NCBI RefSeq assembly: GCF_018350175.1
Contig: NC_058368.1
Coordinates: 141,238,001 to 141,302,000, forward strand
Reading direction: 5' to 3'
Length of the DNA: 64,000 nt
Origin: Felis catus
Lineage: Eukaryota
The notes under the pieces were generated by a model. It was not told the DNA's origin and did no database searches. It saw nothing but the letters and a program-made list of their open reading frames with translations. The position numbers and the translations under genes are program-made. Positions within the stretch are counted from its first letter, which is position 1; the number at the start of each line of letters is the position of its first letter. Below are positions 1 to 14,633 of this stretch, in pieces.

Positions 1-1695
1 TGGAGGGCTGAGATTACCCATTATATCCAGGAGGAACACCTGACCCTCTTAGGGTACAAATGCCACTAAATAAATTGAGGAGGTGAAGTTCACAGTTTCC
101 TTTTTACTCCTTTGGTAACCTGCCCGTGCTGCTCTAGTAGGTTTCATTTCCCTTTGTTGGGCTGTGGTGCTGCTCTTGGCAGTCAGCCATTGTGGATAAC
201 ACTCTTCAAGGGAGCATGAAAGATAGTACCTGTCAGGGACCACCTGGCAATCTTTAATGCTGAGTCTGATCAAAGCCATTTACCAGCTAGGTCAGGGCCC
301 CCCCCCCCCCCCAGATAGCTTGAACTCTCCTGTGAGAAGCATGCCAAACCTACTGAGGCTTTACCTCCTGGGTTACTGTGGCTCAAGATCAGCTGAAGCT
401 CTCCAGGTGGCTAGTCTCCTTTTTTGGGTAAAATCTTGTCTTTGGCAGCTTTCTCCCCAAGCACCCTTCCAAATATGCTGGCTATTCTTGAGTTTGTTTC
501 TCATCTCTGGGTTGTTTTGACTGTATTAAATCATCTGCTAAAACTCTGGTCTGTGTTGCTAGCTAATTGGCCAATGCATCAGTCTGTAGGTCCCTGAGTG
601 GGGATCCAGGAACAAATTGTGCCATCAGATATTCCACAACAGCTCTCCATGAAGCTTTGGTAGCTGTGTATAAGTGGCTCACTGCATGGTACTCAGTCCA
701 TTCGGAGCCTTTTGCAAACCAATATCTTAATTAGCAAAGGGCAATAGCAGCTGCATTTATACCAACCTTTACGTGCCCCTTTTCTGTTTGAAATGACACT
801 TACTTGCTCAACAGGTGTTCGTGAAGCACTTACTGTATGAAATACAATGGGGTAGGCCTGCTGTGAGTACAGCAGTTGGATGCGCTGGGGAGGCTTCCTG
901 TGGAGGAGCAAGTGGAGAGCTAAGATGGACTCTTAGGCTCCATTTGAGGGGATTTACTTAATCCTCATCTACACATAAGAAATTTAATATTTTCTCCATT
1001 TTTGCAGAGGAGGAAGCAGGCTCAGAATGCCTAAATAGTTTGCAAGAGCTCATAGTCATGGCAAAGTTAAGGAGGAGCAATGTGTTATTTAACTCCAAAC
1101 TCCACGTTGGGTCCACCAAAGTAGTAGTTCCCAAACTACTCTGTGGCGCACTAGTGTTCCAAAAGTTCTTAATAGGTGTTCCACGAAAAAAGGCTTCCGT
1201 GGTCAAATAAGCTTGGGAAATCAGTGGGAACTGTTCCTCCTCTTCCCACCCCTGGAAATGCACAATGCATGTTAGGAACATTGCACGTGAACATATTGAA
1301 TGCTCTGAGAAGTTCTGTCTTAAAGAAACATTCTAAATTTCTGAATGTGGGGCCCACGAATCTACATTTTTAGAAGAATGCATGGTTATTCCTAGCATAT
1401 TGAAGTTTGAAATTCACTACTTTTGATCCACTCACATTATTTCAGTAATAGGAGTTAACATAGCCTAGAAAACCACCAAAGAGTAGAATCTTCTACCTTC
1501 AGTCTATAGAAGAGTCATTAAGTGCCAAACAAGGGGTGTGCAAAACAAGGGCTCCAGTGTTTAGAAACCATCACCTGTAGAAAGCTCTTTTTCACTACAA
1601 TGGAAGTTCTTAGAACTAAAGAAAATAAGATCTCAGTAAGTTAGTACTTAAATGAAAGTGAAAATACAGTATGATTTTACAGACTGTATTTAAAG

Positions 1696-1700
<5 letters not shown>

Positions 1701-1743
<43 letters not shown>
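1701..1743. repeat. (CA)n microsatellite
   Basis: Direct reading. Confidence 0.99.
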
Positions 1744-1744
<1 letters not shown>

Positions 1745-2236
1745 CATTGGAGCTTAAGGGAGATAAACCAAACGTAATGGTATCTCCAGCTTATAACATT
1801 GTTAGTGACTTGGGGTTTTTTCCTCCATGACTTTCTTTACACATTTTTAAATTAATGTGTATAACTTTATAATTAAAAACAGACAATAAAATTTATTAAA
1901 ATTGGTGTCTTTAAAAAAAAATCTGCCCAACTGTTGATTGTAACACTTTTGAAACTGATTTTTATCACAGATCCTTTTTTAGTATCTTAGAAAGCATCTG
2001 CTCACAATGCTCAGAGCTTGTCTACAGGCTTTTACATAATCTCCACCCATCCAGAAGCTCAGCCTGAGCCTAACCATGTTTAACTTTGCAGAAAAAGAGA
2101 AAGTATTTCCCTTCTGTGTGTTTGTGTTCTGTGTTCATGCCCCCCCCCCCTTTTCATTACCCTCTACCAGCTTCCCCCTGGAGTAGTGGGGAACCAGAAG
2201 TATTCCCCAGGGAGAAGCCATCCATGCTAGATGCAT

Positions 2237-2237
<1 letters not shown>

Positions 2238-2287
<50 letters not shown>
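2238..2287. repeat. (TG)n microsatellite
   Basis: Direct reading. Confidence 0.99.
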
Positions 2288-2292
<5 letters not shown>

Positions 2293-2683
2293 GAGAGTGC
2301 ATTTGGCAATCAGAAGATGAGGAAGTTAGCAAAGAAGGGTCTCTTCCCTTGAAAATGACCATTCATACTGTGGCACATAGTATGAGTGTCCAGTGTGGGG
2401 TTTGAAAAGACTTTTCTTAGTGCAAAATAAAGCCAAAATGTTTCAGTAATTAACAAGGGGGGAGATGCTCTATCTGCCCTTATGTGTTTATTTTCCTGTG
2501 AGTATTTGTGATGAAGTTTTTCCCCACCTTTGTTACCAGGGGAGTTAAGCATACAGTATTACCTTATCGGTTGTTTCTCATACATTTAAACAAGCATTTC
2601 AAAGAGTTTGATAACTGTTTTGTTTCATTTCAATTTCTCAAGTTGTCTTATATAACAGAGTTACCTGGGGTGGGAAAAACTAA

Positions 2684-2839
<156 letters not shown>

Positions 2840-4192
2840 TAGGTAGCAAAAATAAGAAGGAACACAAGGTTAACAATGTTGTACAAAAGCTTCTGTCATC
2901 AGACTGATGTTCACAGGTTCCTAGCTGAATGCCAGGGATTTTGAAACTGTTAGACAGGTAATGGTAGCTGGTAAATGGCAGAATCCAAACTAGGAGCCCT
3001 TTGCTCAATGAAATAAATTAGAAAACATTTCTTTGACAGTATTTTCCACTAATTAAAGCAGTTTTAAAATTATAGTCTAGGAAAAGTAATGTTTAATTTT
3101 CATACAATTAAATTGAGATTAAGAGTAGCCTTTGAGGATTACCTTCTATTTACTACTCTTTTAACATTTATAAGTTCTTGCTTGGATTGTTAAGAACAGG
3201 AGCAAACCCATGGTATATCTATTATGCCAGCCATAATAATTGCTATGTAACCATGATAGCAATTTCATGAGGTTTGTTTGTGACCTCAGTATGCATGAAG
3301 TGTGTTCAAGAAACTTACTTTAAGTCTCCTTAAAGGCAAATAGTGCTTTAAAAGCAGGCTTTTCATAATGTTCACTTCTGAGATGGAATTGTCTAGACGT
3401 CTGTCTGCTGGAAAGATGTTCTGCTTCCGGGACATCTTGGGATATCAGGGCTCTAGCTCATGCCCGGTTTTGTGGAGGTTCCCCTCTAGCACATCAGACC
3501 TTGATTTCTTCAACGTATCCCCCTCAAGTAGGAGAGAAGGGCAGAGAGGAGGCTCTTGCCAGCCTATAGCTCCCGGGAGTCCAGCCCTTAACGGCTTCAG
3601 GCTTTTGGATGCCAGAAGGTCCCCGGCATGGTTTCTCTCTGTGGCCAACCCAGAGGTCATGACGGTTTCAGGCTTAGTGAAAAATAAGTAAGATAGCATC
3701 TCACCGTAATGATTATGCTTATCTTGATTACTTAATTGGCATTCAAAGTGGACAAAACCCTGTGTAAACTTAATTTTTCTCTGCCATCCTTGGAAGTAAA
3801 ATGGATTGGCACAAACCCATAAAGGCAGGTTTTTCTGGGGTTTGTTTACCCTGGTCAGGGAAGTCACTTTTTGGTGGACAGAGAGCTTTAAGAAATAGTG
3901 TGGGGAGAAACAGTCACTTCCTTAGGCAGGGAAATATTTTTTTAAAAAGTCAAACTAATGGAAATTCTGATATTTTAGAAGTCTTCAGTGAGGAATACTG
4001 GTAACGGTTTTTGAATATATAAGTGAAATCCCTAGGTTTCTTTGTATCCGTGTATTTATTAACTTCAGAGAACTTAAGAGACGTTTTCAAGAAAACCACA
4101 CTGCCTTGACTTCAGCAATTTATGATGTTTATTGTACATTGTTTTTATTCCTTGGGATCTCTACTCTTTTTAATTAAGGATAAAATGTACTT

Positions 4193-4408
4193 TTATTTTT
4201 TTTAATGTTTATTTACTTATTTTGAGAGAGAGACAGAGACAGAGAATGAGTGGGTTTGGGGCAAAGAAGGAGAGAGAGAATCCTAAGCAGACTCCAAGCT
4301 CAGCACAGAGCCCGACCTGGGCTTGATCCCATCCATGACCACGAGATTGTGAACTGCGCTGAAATCAAGAGTAGGATGCTTAATCGACTAAGACACCGAG
4401 GTGCCCCC
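4193..4408 (-). mobile_element. Can-SINE
   Basis: tRNA-derived head (..ggtgcccc), (GA)n tract, T-tail. Confidence 0.9.
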
Positions 4409-4635
4409 AAAAGACTGTACGTTTAGATTTTTTCATGATAGATAGAAAAAGAGGGATGCCATTGTGTTTCAGTTCTTTAACTGCGTATGATCCACAACAA
4501 GAATGAACAGCAGACCCCTTGTTGCTTTGATAGGTAATTCCTTCATTTTAATTAACTGATTTTAAATAACTGAGGTTTGAGGTTTCTTAGGCAACATTTA
4601 AGTGTGATGGCACATGTAGGATGTCAGAAGGTGAG

Positions 4636-4838
4636 GATGCCTGGTGGCTCAGTTGGTTAAACATCTAACTCTTGATTTTGGCTCTAGTCATGATCCCAGG
4701 GTTGTAGGATTGAGCTCCGTGTTGGGCTCTGTGCAGAGTGTGGAGGATACTTCAGGTTGTCTCTCTCCCTCTCCCTCTGCCCCTCCCCAACTCACGTGTG
4801 CACACATGCTCTCTCGTTCTCTCTCTCTTAAAAAAAGA
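4636..4838 (+). mobile_element. Can-SINE
   Basis: gcctggtggctcagttggttaa head, (CT)n, A-tail. Confidence 0.9.
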
Positions 4839-7800
4839 AGCCTCATTCATTGTCAGCAGGGCAAAGCCAGGTCTGGCAATTTGAAATAAACATTCTCAGC
4901 CAGCACGAGGGTTAAAAGAATGGGCTTGAAGTTACTATGCTGATAAAATTTGCTTAGAGCCAGGGCACTGAACACTTCTGAGGGTCTCATCACATTCTGA
5001 ACTTAGCACGTTTCTAAGTACATAAGCCTGCATAAGTCCCATAACTTCTCACCCCTCACTGACTGGAGCTGGTTGGAGGAGTTGAGCCCATTGTGGAGGT
5101 CATAATGAGAAAGCTCAAGTTCTTAATGCATGCAGATCAGTGTGAAGTTGTTAAATGGAGTTGACTCAGGCAAGCAGTGGTGTCCGAAAGGTAAGTTTGC
5201 CCAGGGTGCAGATCCCTTTCTACAGCAGCTTAAGGTAAAGAGCCTCTGGTAAAGACTGGTAAAGAGCCTCTCTTCCTGGTCATGAGCACCCAGCAAGAGA
5301 GCAGCCCCAGCTGTGGGGAAAAGAAAGCAAGAGTTCTCCACAGAAGGCCAGAGAAGAACTGTGTGGTCAGTTTCTTCCATTGGTTTTTGGCTAGTTCTGC
5401 CTCAAGCATCTCCAACTTCCTTCCTTTTCTGGAGGAGAAGGGTATGTGTACATGGTTTGACTCTTCCTGGGTACCCTATATCTGGGCCTAGCAGTCAGGG
5501 GTTGGTGACCCATTCCATGATCTCCCCAGCTCCATCCATATTCAGGGACATCTAAAGACTCCACCTGGACCTCAGAGTCAGGCAGGCAACTCTGTCACTT
5601 GCTGCAGATGGGGAAAATGAGGCTCTTTATTATACAATGCCAGAATAATTATAGTCTAATTATATAATACTTTTCTCTGCAATTCCGCCCCCAGCTACAG
5701 CTAAATATGTGACATTACTAGCATTCTGCAAGGACAGTCTGTACTCTAAGGAGGATGTCAAATGTTGAAGGTAGACGCTCTTGTCCAGGTCCTGGTGTAT
5801 GGTAACCATATTTAGCCAAGAACACCGACGGATCATGTGATCAAAGAAAAAATATTTAATTTTAAAATTCCGTTATAAAGAATAACTTCTAAAGAGAGGA
5901 GATAAATCACATCTCTGTATGCTTGATGAGTTTACCTTATTAAACAGTACTATTGTTTATGGGACAAATGAAATGGAGACTGTCTAGGGAAATATAGGGT
6001 AAATGGTGATCACTTCTCTTCCAATGTTCTTATGCCTCTTTATCATGAAAAGAACTGTGTTATCCGAAATGCAGATAGGATTTAGCTGCTTCCCGGGAGC
6101 TTAAACTGGTAAGTTTATACTAATGCAGCCCTGTTTCTCTTACCTAGGACTTAGACCCAAATCATCATGTTCATTTGATTCCAAGTCTAAAGAGAATAGC
6201 GGTCCTCCATTTCAGGAGTCAAAGTCTCTGATGGACAAAACTTGAGTTCCATGGAATACCACACTTCTCGGTATCAACAGACATTTACAGAGCACTTTAT
6301 CATGGGCCCTGCGTGACAGGCACTGTCACAGGAATAGAGTCCAAGCAGTGAAACCTTAATGTAATTGGCTCCCATGGTACGGCTACCCAGGATTGGGGCT
6401 CACCAGGAGCAAGTCCATGACGCCCTGGCCACCTGTGCTTCCCTCTGCCTGCCTCCCAGACCCTGCTGGGATGTAGATTTAGGTTCAGATTTAGGTTTCC
6501 CTGAAGCCACCACCTTGCATAGTCCTGCCTTGTTGCAGGCAGCCTCGTTTTGTGTATATATGTGTTTTGAATAGATTCTGGAATACCCGTGGTAGGAATA
6601 CAGGAGATAATGCAACCCAGCCACTCCTGCCCCAGTGGACAGAGGAAAACACTGAGAGCCAGGGAGACTCTTGACATGATCACAGCTACCCAGTATGTTG
6701 GTGGCAGTGTTGGGGTCGGACCCTGGCATCCTGCTCTTCAGTCGGATGCACTCACCACCCTGTCACACCACTGTGTTCTTTGTAGACTTGTAGACATGAC
6801 ACTTGGGCCCCTGTAATATTTGCCTTTTCCATCTGGACCTTCAAGGGCTCCTTAAGAAGGTGAGGGGACATGGTTCTGTGGCCTGTACTTCATGGGTTTC
6901 CACATCGCGGCTACCTTTCCTTTGTGCTTTTTCCAGTTTTCCAACTTCTCAACCTGAAAGGTACAAAAATTATCTGAGGCACAGTTATGTGGTTCCCAAG
7001 AACAGAAAATTAATAAAGTTAAGGCTCTTCTGCATGAAGAGTATTAATAATTAATACACGCTATTAAATTCCCAAACTTTAGGAACATGATTCAAATTGA
7101 TTACTTCATTTTGCTGCAGGTTTATTTAAATAGAACGATCAGCCAAATTGCTTTAAAGCCTAGTTCTTAACAGTGCAGTCCAGCATGTCACTGGGAGAAA
7201 ACCATCTGCTGGCCCCATCCAGATCCTTCTACCTTGACTGTTGATGAGAATTTGCTTTGTCCCATTGGGCATTATACTGAAGATTTTATGCTTTGTGGAT
7301 AATCATACAACGAATGTTTAATAGATGAGTTTTGGACATTTGGAGCTAAGATCTTACATAAAGGCTGCTCTTGAATTGACAAAAACACTAATACTCTGAA
7401 GTACCCTTTTAAATGCTTAGGTGAGGCCCACAGCCACGTTAAGAAAATGGGCAAAAGAGGAATTTGTCATTTGATAAAATGTGTTATAGCTTAATTATCT
7501 AGCTCTCAAATGTAAGGTTTAGTCCACACAGAATGTGCTTTTCCACGTCTGACTCCTGGGGGACAGGAAATGCTTGCCTCTGCTGCAACATCGGGTTCTG
7601 TACGCACATGCCTGGAAAATACTTCTGAGACGACTAGCTGTTGCTTGCCTCTTTGTGGGAGGCAGGGTACTAGTGACTTTGGTAATAATTTAAAATCTTT
7701 TTTCCCCCTTATTTTAGGTGATCTTGTTTACAAATGCGGCAATGGTATTAAGGTAGTACATGGTTGAAATTAGACTGGTACAGTTTAAATGAGGAAACAT

Positions 7801-8119
7801 ACTGTACCCATCTGGAATCTAAGACCAGTTAGACTTACCTTCTCCTCAGCTCGCCCATCACAGTTACTTATTTACCCTTCCACCCTGGTACCTTCATCAC
7901 TGCACCATGGACTAAAATCCTTCACTCCTCATGCAGGTTACCTTGCTATTATTGAATGCAGTTCTTCGTTAGATAGTTCAAGTATTCTCATGAGAAAAGA
8001 TAGGTTATGATTTCCTTTTGTTTCCACCAATGGCCTTTGAAAGTGTTAGAGAGTAGGGAGATACTGCTCCGAGATCTGACAGGTAATAACAAGTACTATG
8101 AGCTGAATTCTTACATTAT

Positions 8120-8290
8120 CTGAAGCACTTTGAGAAATGCCTCACATAAGCTGTTGATTTTTACAGCAACCTATAAAACAGGTGTTATTACTCTCACTTA
8201 TAGATGAGGTAACTGGGAGCCAGCAAAGATAAAAAGTTGCCCGTGGTGCCATAACTGGCAGAATACAGAACCAGACTTCAGCCAGGTTTT
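8120..8290. mobile_element. MIR
   Basis: ttatagatgaggtaactg core. Confidence 0.65.
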
Positions 8291-9233
8291 TTTTTCCCCC
8301 TCTTCCTTGTAAATAGTTTAAAACAGGATGGCAAATTTAGATGCCTCCATGAGTGGAAAAAATGAATAACATCTTATAAAACAGTATGTTTTATAAGAAG
8401 GAACATGAATCAAGTAAATCTTTTTTTTTTTTTTTTATAATGTGTCAGACAGGCCTCGCTGGGATTCTTTAAACAGCCAGCACAAATATAAAAGCTCTAG
8501 AAACTAGCCACATACTTTCTGTGTTAGATAGTAAATAACTTACCATATTTGGAGTTGCGCTGGATTTAGAAGGTACTTAAAATTCTAAGCAATTGAGAAG
8601 TTGAAATATTTCCAGTATTCTACATGTACATTAGAAAGGTCACCAAGAAGAGTGCCTACCTGGAGAGCTGTAGGGTTAACCAGCCAAGAGGAATCTTGCC
8701 ATACGTGCCTTCCATTGTGCCAGTGGGTGAGGTTGAAAGCAAAGTACCATATAAAGGCTTATTGACCGGAGATTACGAAAGTAAGAAAAGAGGAAAAAGT
8801 ATTTCTGTGTCTATTGAAAAAGGGCAGACAGAATACCTCAGATTCAGTGTGGGTTTAATTCAGTTCTAATTGTTGGGGACTTGACTCCACCGTCGCCACA
8901 CTAGGAATGAAACAGAAGAACAGTGTTGACGTAGATCCGGGAGACCTGGAAGATGGCCTCCTGCAACTTCGTTCTCTTGGGTCTGTATTAAGGTTTCATT
9001 GAGCACATAGGTGGTTCTTTCCATGATCCATGAAGATTTTGCTGGATTACAATTCTTCTTTGTGTTATAGTCAGAGAAATGTATGCTGCTGTCAAACAAA
9101 CTAGCTTACTTTGAAAGGCTAGAGGTTTTTTTTCCTTCACAAAGAACATGGCTTTAATGAATTTGGGGGAACTGTTTACTTTGATAAATTAACATATGAA
9201 ACGCTAATGGTTTTATAGCTTCACTAACATTGA

Positions 9234-9494
<261 letters not shown>

Positions 9495-11004
9495 TAGATA
9501 TTCACCAAGAATAAAAAAATTATTTTGGATCCAAACCTATGCTTCCTATGACCAAGATAGGGTAAATTCTTTGATAATTTGCGAAGACAGCATTTAAATC
9601 ACGCCAGAAGTATGTCAAAATTGTAGAGTAAATGCTTATGGGAATGAAATGTTTTCAAAGGTATTCATTTATTTGCCTGCAGTTGGTATTCTAATTATAT
9701 AGAAGCCTTGTATGGTAAAGTTGTCTTCCTAAGGAAATGTGTATAGTAGACGAACCTTTGTTGAAATGAAGTCATCTTACTGTATTTGTTGGAAGGTAAG
9801 ACATTTCTGCTACAACAATAATCTGAAACGTGGACTTCTCCATCGACGGATACTGGCCTGCCTGGAATTGGTTTGCATAATGGCACTGAGTGTGAGGAAC
9901 ACTTGCTGTCCTCAGTGGAAACCAAAGACAGTGCTCGGGATATGGTGGCCACACAACAGAGCCCCCACCGCACACAGATACACCCTGCTGTCAAACCTAA
10001 CCAGTAACAGCAGCAGCCCACCCTGCCTTGGCCCCTTCATTAACATGTTCGTAATGTTGTCTCCTTTCCATTCAATGACTCTGAAAGAAACACAAGTGCC
10101 CCGTGATACTGATGGGGGAAACTGAGGCCCAGCAAGGTCAAGGAATTTACCCAAGGAAAGCCCCAGTAATAAGTATTGGAACCAAAATCTGTAGCCATGT
10201 CTTTCTGATTATAAAGCCTTCCCTCTTGGTTCCGTGTTTGGCTGTATTTCCAGAATCTGTTTTTGTGGCTGTTCCTTGCCGTGGGTCTGAAAGCTTCCTC
10301 TGGTTGCTGTTAGTGCCCACCTATGCACACACAGGTGTGCATCCTGGACTGCAGAGAAACCAGACATGTTTGCTACCGACCAAGTGCAAATCTCACATCC
10401 CCCTCACTTCTGTCCAGACTTGAACAATGCATTCCAAACATGAAACGCATCTGCTTTGCACCCCCCTCTGACAGTGGGCAGCCAGATTGTGATTTCTATA
10501 GTGAGGAGAAGGGGCTCCCTGCTCTCCAGTTGCCTTCCCCAGTTGTCGTCTGATGACTCCTTGAACAGGGAGCAGAGTCCTTCGTTCTATGGTGAGCATC
10601 TGGTGGTTAGAGACCCTGTATCTCTGGTGGGGAGGGGGTGATGTGGTGGAGTCGCCCCCTGCCCACCTTTACTGTGACCAGGAGGAAACAGGCTTCCCCT
10701 TGAAAAAACCTACTGGCAATCTGAATATAAAACTCAAAAACAAGGGGAAAGAAGTTGAATAGAGGATGTGATAGGGAAAAGAGAAATAAAATGACATTTG
10801 TGTTAGGGATTTCAAGAGGAGCCCTCATGGACAGGGTATTTCACATATATTCTTACTCATTACCAGAGTCCTTCTCAAGGCACTGCCCCTGAGGGGTTTA
10901 TGCCTCTGTGTGACTATGCATGTTCAGAGGTTAGGTGATGGCCCTTAAATTTAGGAATAATATATACCCATCCATCGATCCATCCATCTCAACTCTTTGC
11001 TTTA

Positions 11005-11250
11005 AAACATTTACACAAAGCTTACCATATACCAGGCACAGCACTAAGCATTTTACACCTTCTCATTTATTTCTTAAAACAACTTTATGAGCCAGGAACT
11101 ACTACTGTAGCCATTTTACAGATGAAGAGACTGAGGACCAGAGGGGACAAGTAACTTGCCCACGGTCGTGGAGCTAGTTATTGGCAGAACCAGGATTTGA
11201 ACTTGAGTGCCTTGGCTCCAGAGTCTATGTTTGAGTACCTGCTGCATTCT
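11005..11250. mobile_element. MIR
   Basis: Core ccattttacagatgaagagactgagg..aagtaacttgccca.ggtc..ccaggatttgaac. Confidence 0.88.
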
Positions 11251-12841
11251 GAGGTTACAGGAACCCTAGCATGAACAAAGGGCCATGACTTGTACCCATA
11301 TCTGCAACTGAATAGTGAAGGTAGAATAAACACACATGGAAATGTATGAGGATTTGGCCAACAAGGAAACCAATACATGTATCACATATTTACTAAACAG
11401 TCCTGAGTATCCAGAGATAAATCCAAAGTAGGCTTTTCCTGGAGGATTTTTATGTCTAGTGGGGGAGAGAGATAAATAAAAACTTGGATTGAGTGCGAGA
11501 AGTCACTGGAAGCCTGCACAGAGTGGGCTCCCACAGAGTGGGAGCCTATAGAAGTGGCTCCAGCTCAGAATGGGCATGGGGTCAAGGGCGGCTTGCTAGA
11601 GGAGGGGAGGAGATGGGAGGAGGGACAAATCCAACTTGGCAGGGCATGGATTTGGGGAGGGGCATTGTGAGGGGAGAGAACACGTAGGCAGAGGCCTACA
11701 GATGAGGAGGAAGTACAGGGAGTTCAGCACGCAGGTGTAGGCCCACCTGGTGAGCAGTAGCCTGCTGCCTGGCCCCAGGAGGGTGGTGATAGGAGATCGC
11801 TGAAGATAGTGTCACCACCCCAACTCTTCTGTCAGCCTCATAAGGCCTCGTGCTCAGGCTCCAGAGCACCCTCCAAACCTCTCCAGCTCCCAAGTTTAAT
11901 TGTGTTAGTAGGAGGTTTGTTCGCAGGGGAACAGCTCCCCAAGTGTCCCTGCATCACCAGGCTACTTACTATCGTCATAGTGGAGTGCAAGAGTGATTAT
12001 GATTATAGTTTGCAAGCATGTTTCTGAAGCAGCAGATGGATGTACATGATGCCCAAAGAAATCCATGACCTAGAGGCTGTACGGTCACATTTGCCCCATG
12101 TTCTTTGTCTTTCTCGTCTCCCTTACTCAGCTTCTCATCTAGTAGATTGTTCTTGGAGAAGAAGTTGGAGGGTGGAGATGGGACCTGGGAGTCAGGCAAG
12201 GAAATAGCTCTGAATTCCAGGGCCCTGGGCAGAATTTTAGAAAGAAGCCTCTGAGTCTGCTGGCCTCCAGATGTGCCAAGGTGGCCTCTTCTCACACCCA
12301 CATGTGCCCAGCACTGAAAGGGCTGCCTCCTGCACAACCTGTTTAACTAGATTTATGGTTGAGGTGAGATGGGAAGTGGCCCCAAGCCATAGCATTGGTT
12401 AGTAGGCAGTGGCAGTTAGAAAGGAGGCATGAGGGAGCAAATCTCTGCCTTGTAGAGATGTGACTAATAGAAGCCACAACCTCTTCAACCAATTCATTTT
12501 TATTCTAACTCCTTTTTATTTTTTGACTGTTTTCTTCTTGGCCGATTGGGGATGAGTAAGGCCCACAAGAGGCTGGCTCTACTAGATGAGGACTTCTTGC
12601 TCTTTGTCTGCTAAGGAATTTCTTCCAATGCCCCAGAGAGAACTAGGGCGCTGGGGTGGTGAATGAATACATTGCTGCTCAGGAGTGAGGCAGCGACTCC
12701 AGGGGGCTTACTGAAGTGACAGAGACCAGTCGGCACCCACATCAGAGAGTGCTCATCCAGGGAACTTCTTACTTGATATTCCAACATGTTCCTCTGTGTC
12801 CCAGCAAGCACTCCTGAGGGCACACAGCATACCCACACTGA

Positions 12842-13057
<216 letters not shown>

Positions 13058-14121
13058 TGAGTTTTATGTCACGTCTTTAAGATTGGCTCCTTTGATGACA
13101 TGATAATTAAGTGAAAGATCTCTTATGTTGGCAAAATGAGTCAAGTTGGAGGTTAATTTTGGATACAAGTGAATCAAGCACTTACGATGATGTAGAACCT
13201 GATGACTTTGTGTAAGGAGAGTTTATCCTTTCCATGAATCTGTCCTCGTTCTCTCTGCTGGAGTATCATTGCTGCCTCTGAGCAGAGTTCTGCCCACAGG
13301 GCTGTTGTGTGTTTTTAGTGTGTCCATTGTTTGGGGGAACTGGAAGTACATGTATCCGTATATCTATGTGGGCCCTGTTCTTGGTCACTTTTCCCTTTTT
13401 CTGTTCTCTTTCCTGATCATAGTTGAGTAGAGACATGCAACTCACTTCTCCCTGTCATGTCAGTTTGTCCAGCGGCCAAAGAGAGGGCTGTCAGTGTGGC
13501 AGGAAGCTTCCCTGAAGCCCTCTCTTCCGGAAATGGAGTGTGGCTCCGGCAGCTGGAAATCCCTGTGCATTTTCTTTTAAGCATTCAGAATGCGTTCACG
13601 TAGTTATATCTTTCATCTTGGTTTCTCTGATGTGAAATAGTGAAATGAGCACTGTGTTCTTTTAATTGGGGACTGTTTATAGGAATAAAATACGTTTGGG
13701 TTGTATATGACAGCCAACGTTAATTTTTAAACAATAGGGGCAGTGAGACTGAAAAGGAATCAGGACATTATCAAGTACTCTAGAAAATTTTGCCAGGGTG
13801 GTAATGCCACACGCGTGGTGGCCCAAGAGGCACACCAGTTAGCCGTCTCGTGTGAGGGAGGGGGCAGAAACGGGCTGAAGAGAAAATTGGGTTCTGGTTT
13901 ATCTCCTTCCTCTCAGACATGGTAGAGGGACCACCAGGCTCTTGATGAGCTAATTCCCTGGGGTCCAGAGACAGTAAGAATGCTCACACTCTCCTTAACT
14001 TCATAGAAACTGCTAGGAGCCAGACGAATCCCAGAGAAGTCTTGGTAGGATGCCCCGTAGAAAGTAAGAAGACAGGTTTCAAGGTAAATTAAGAGACAAG
14101 AACTTAGAGCCACATTTTCCA

Positions 14122-14225
14122 CTTTGTATATGTGGGCAAGTTAGTTAGAATCTCTGAGCCTTGGTTTGCCCATCTGAAAACTAAGGATGATAATATCAAG
14201 CTTACAGGTTGCTGTGAAGATTCGA
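14122..14225. mobile_element. MIR fragment
   Basis: gggcaagtta..tctctgagccttggttt..catctgaaaa. Confidence 0.7.
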
Positions 14226-14543
14226 AAGAAGACCCCATCAGAATCCCTTGACCTGGTGCCCCTTAGACCCATAGGACTGAGAGCAGAGCTCTACCCACTC
14301 ATCAACTGTCCTAGGATCCTGAGGGGCCATCTTGGAGGCGGACATGTTGGTCTTGGGGTCTTAGTGCAGGGTGACCACGAGCCTTAGGTAATAAGTGTTA
14401 CAATAGGTACAATGATAAAGCAATGTTTTGTGGAATGTAATGAAAGCATGTGGGAACTCTATTGCTCAACTTGATGAGATCCTCTGAAGAAGCAGCCATT
14501 AGCCTCAATGGAAGGATTTTAAGAGCTCTCTTTGTCCATGTAG

Positions 14544-14633
<90 letters not shown>

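Noticed and set aside
1..960. Possible decayed ERVL/MaLR internal sequence
   Set aside because: Only a vague resemblance. No motif could be confirmed without a Dfam search.
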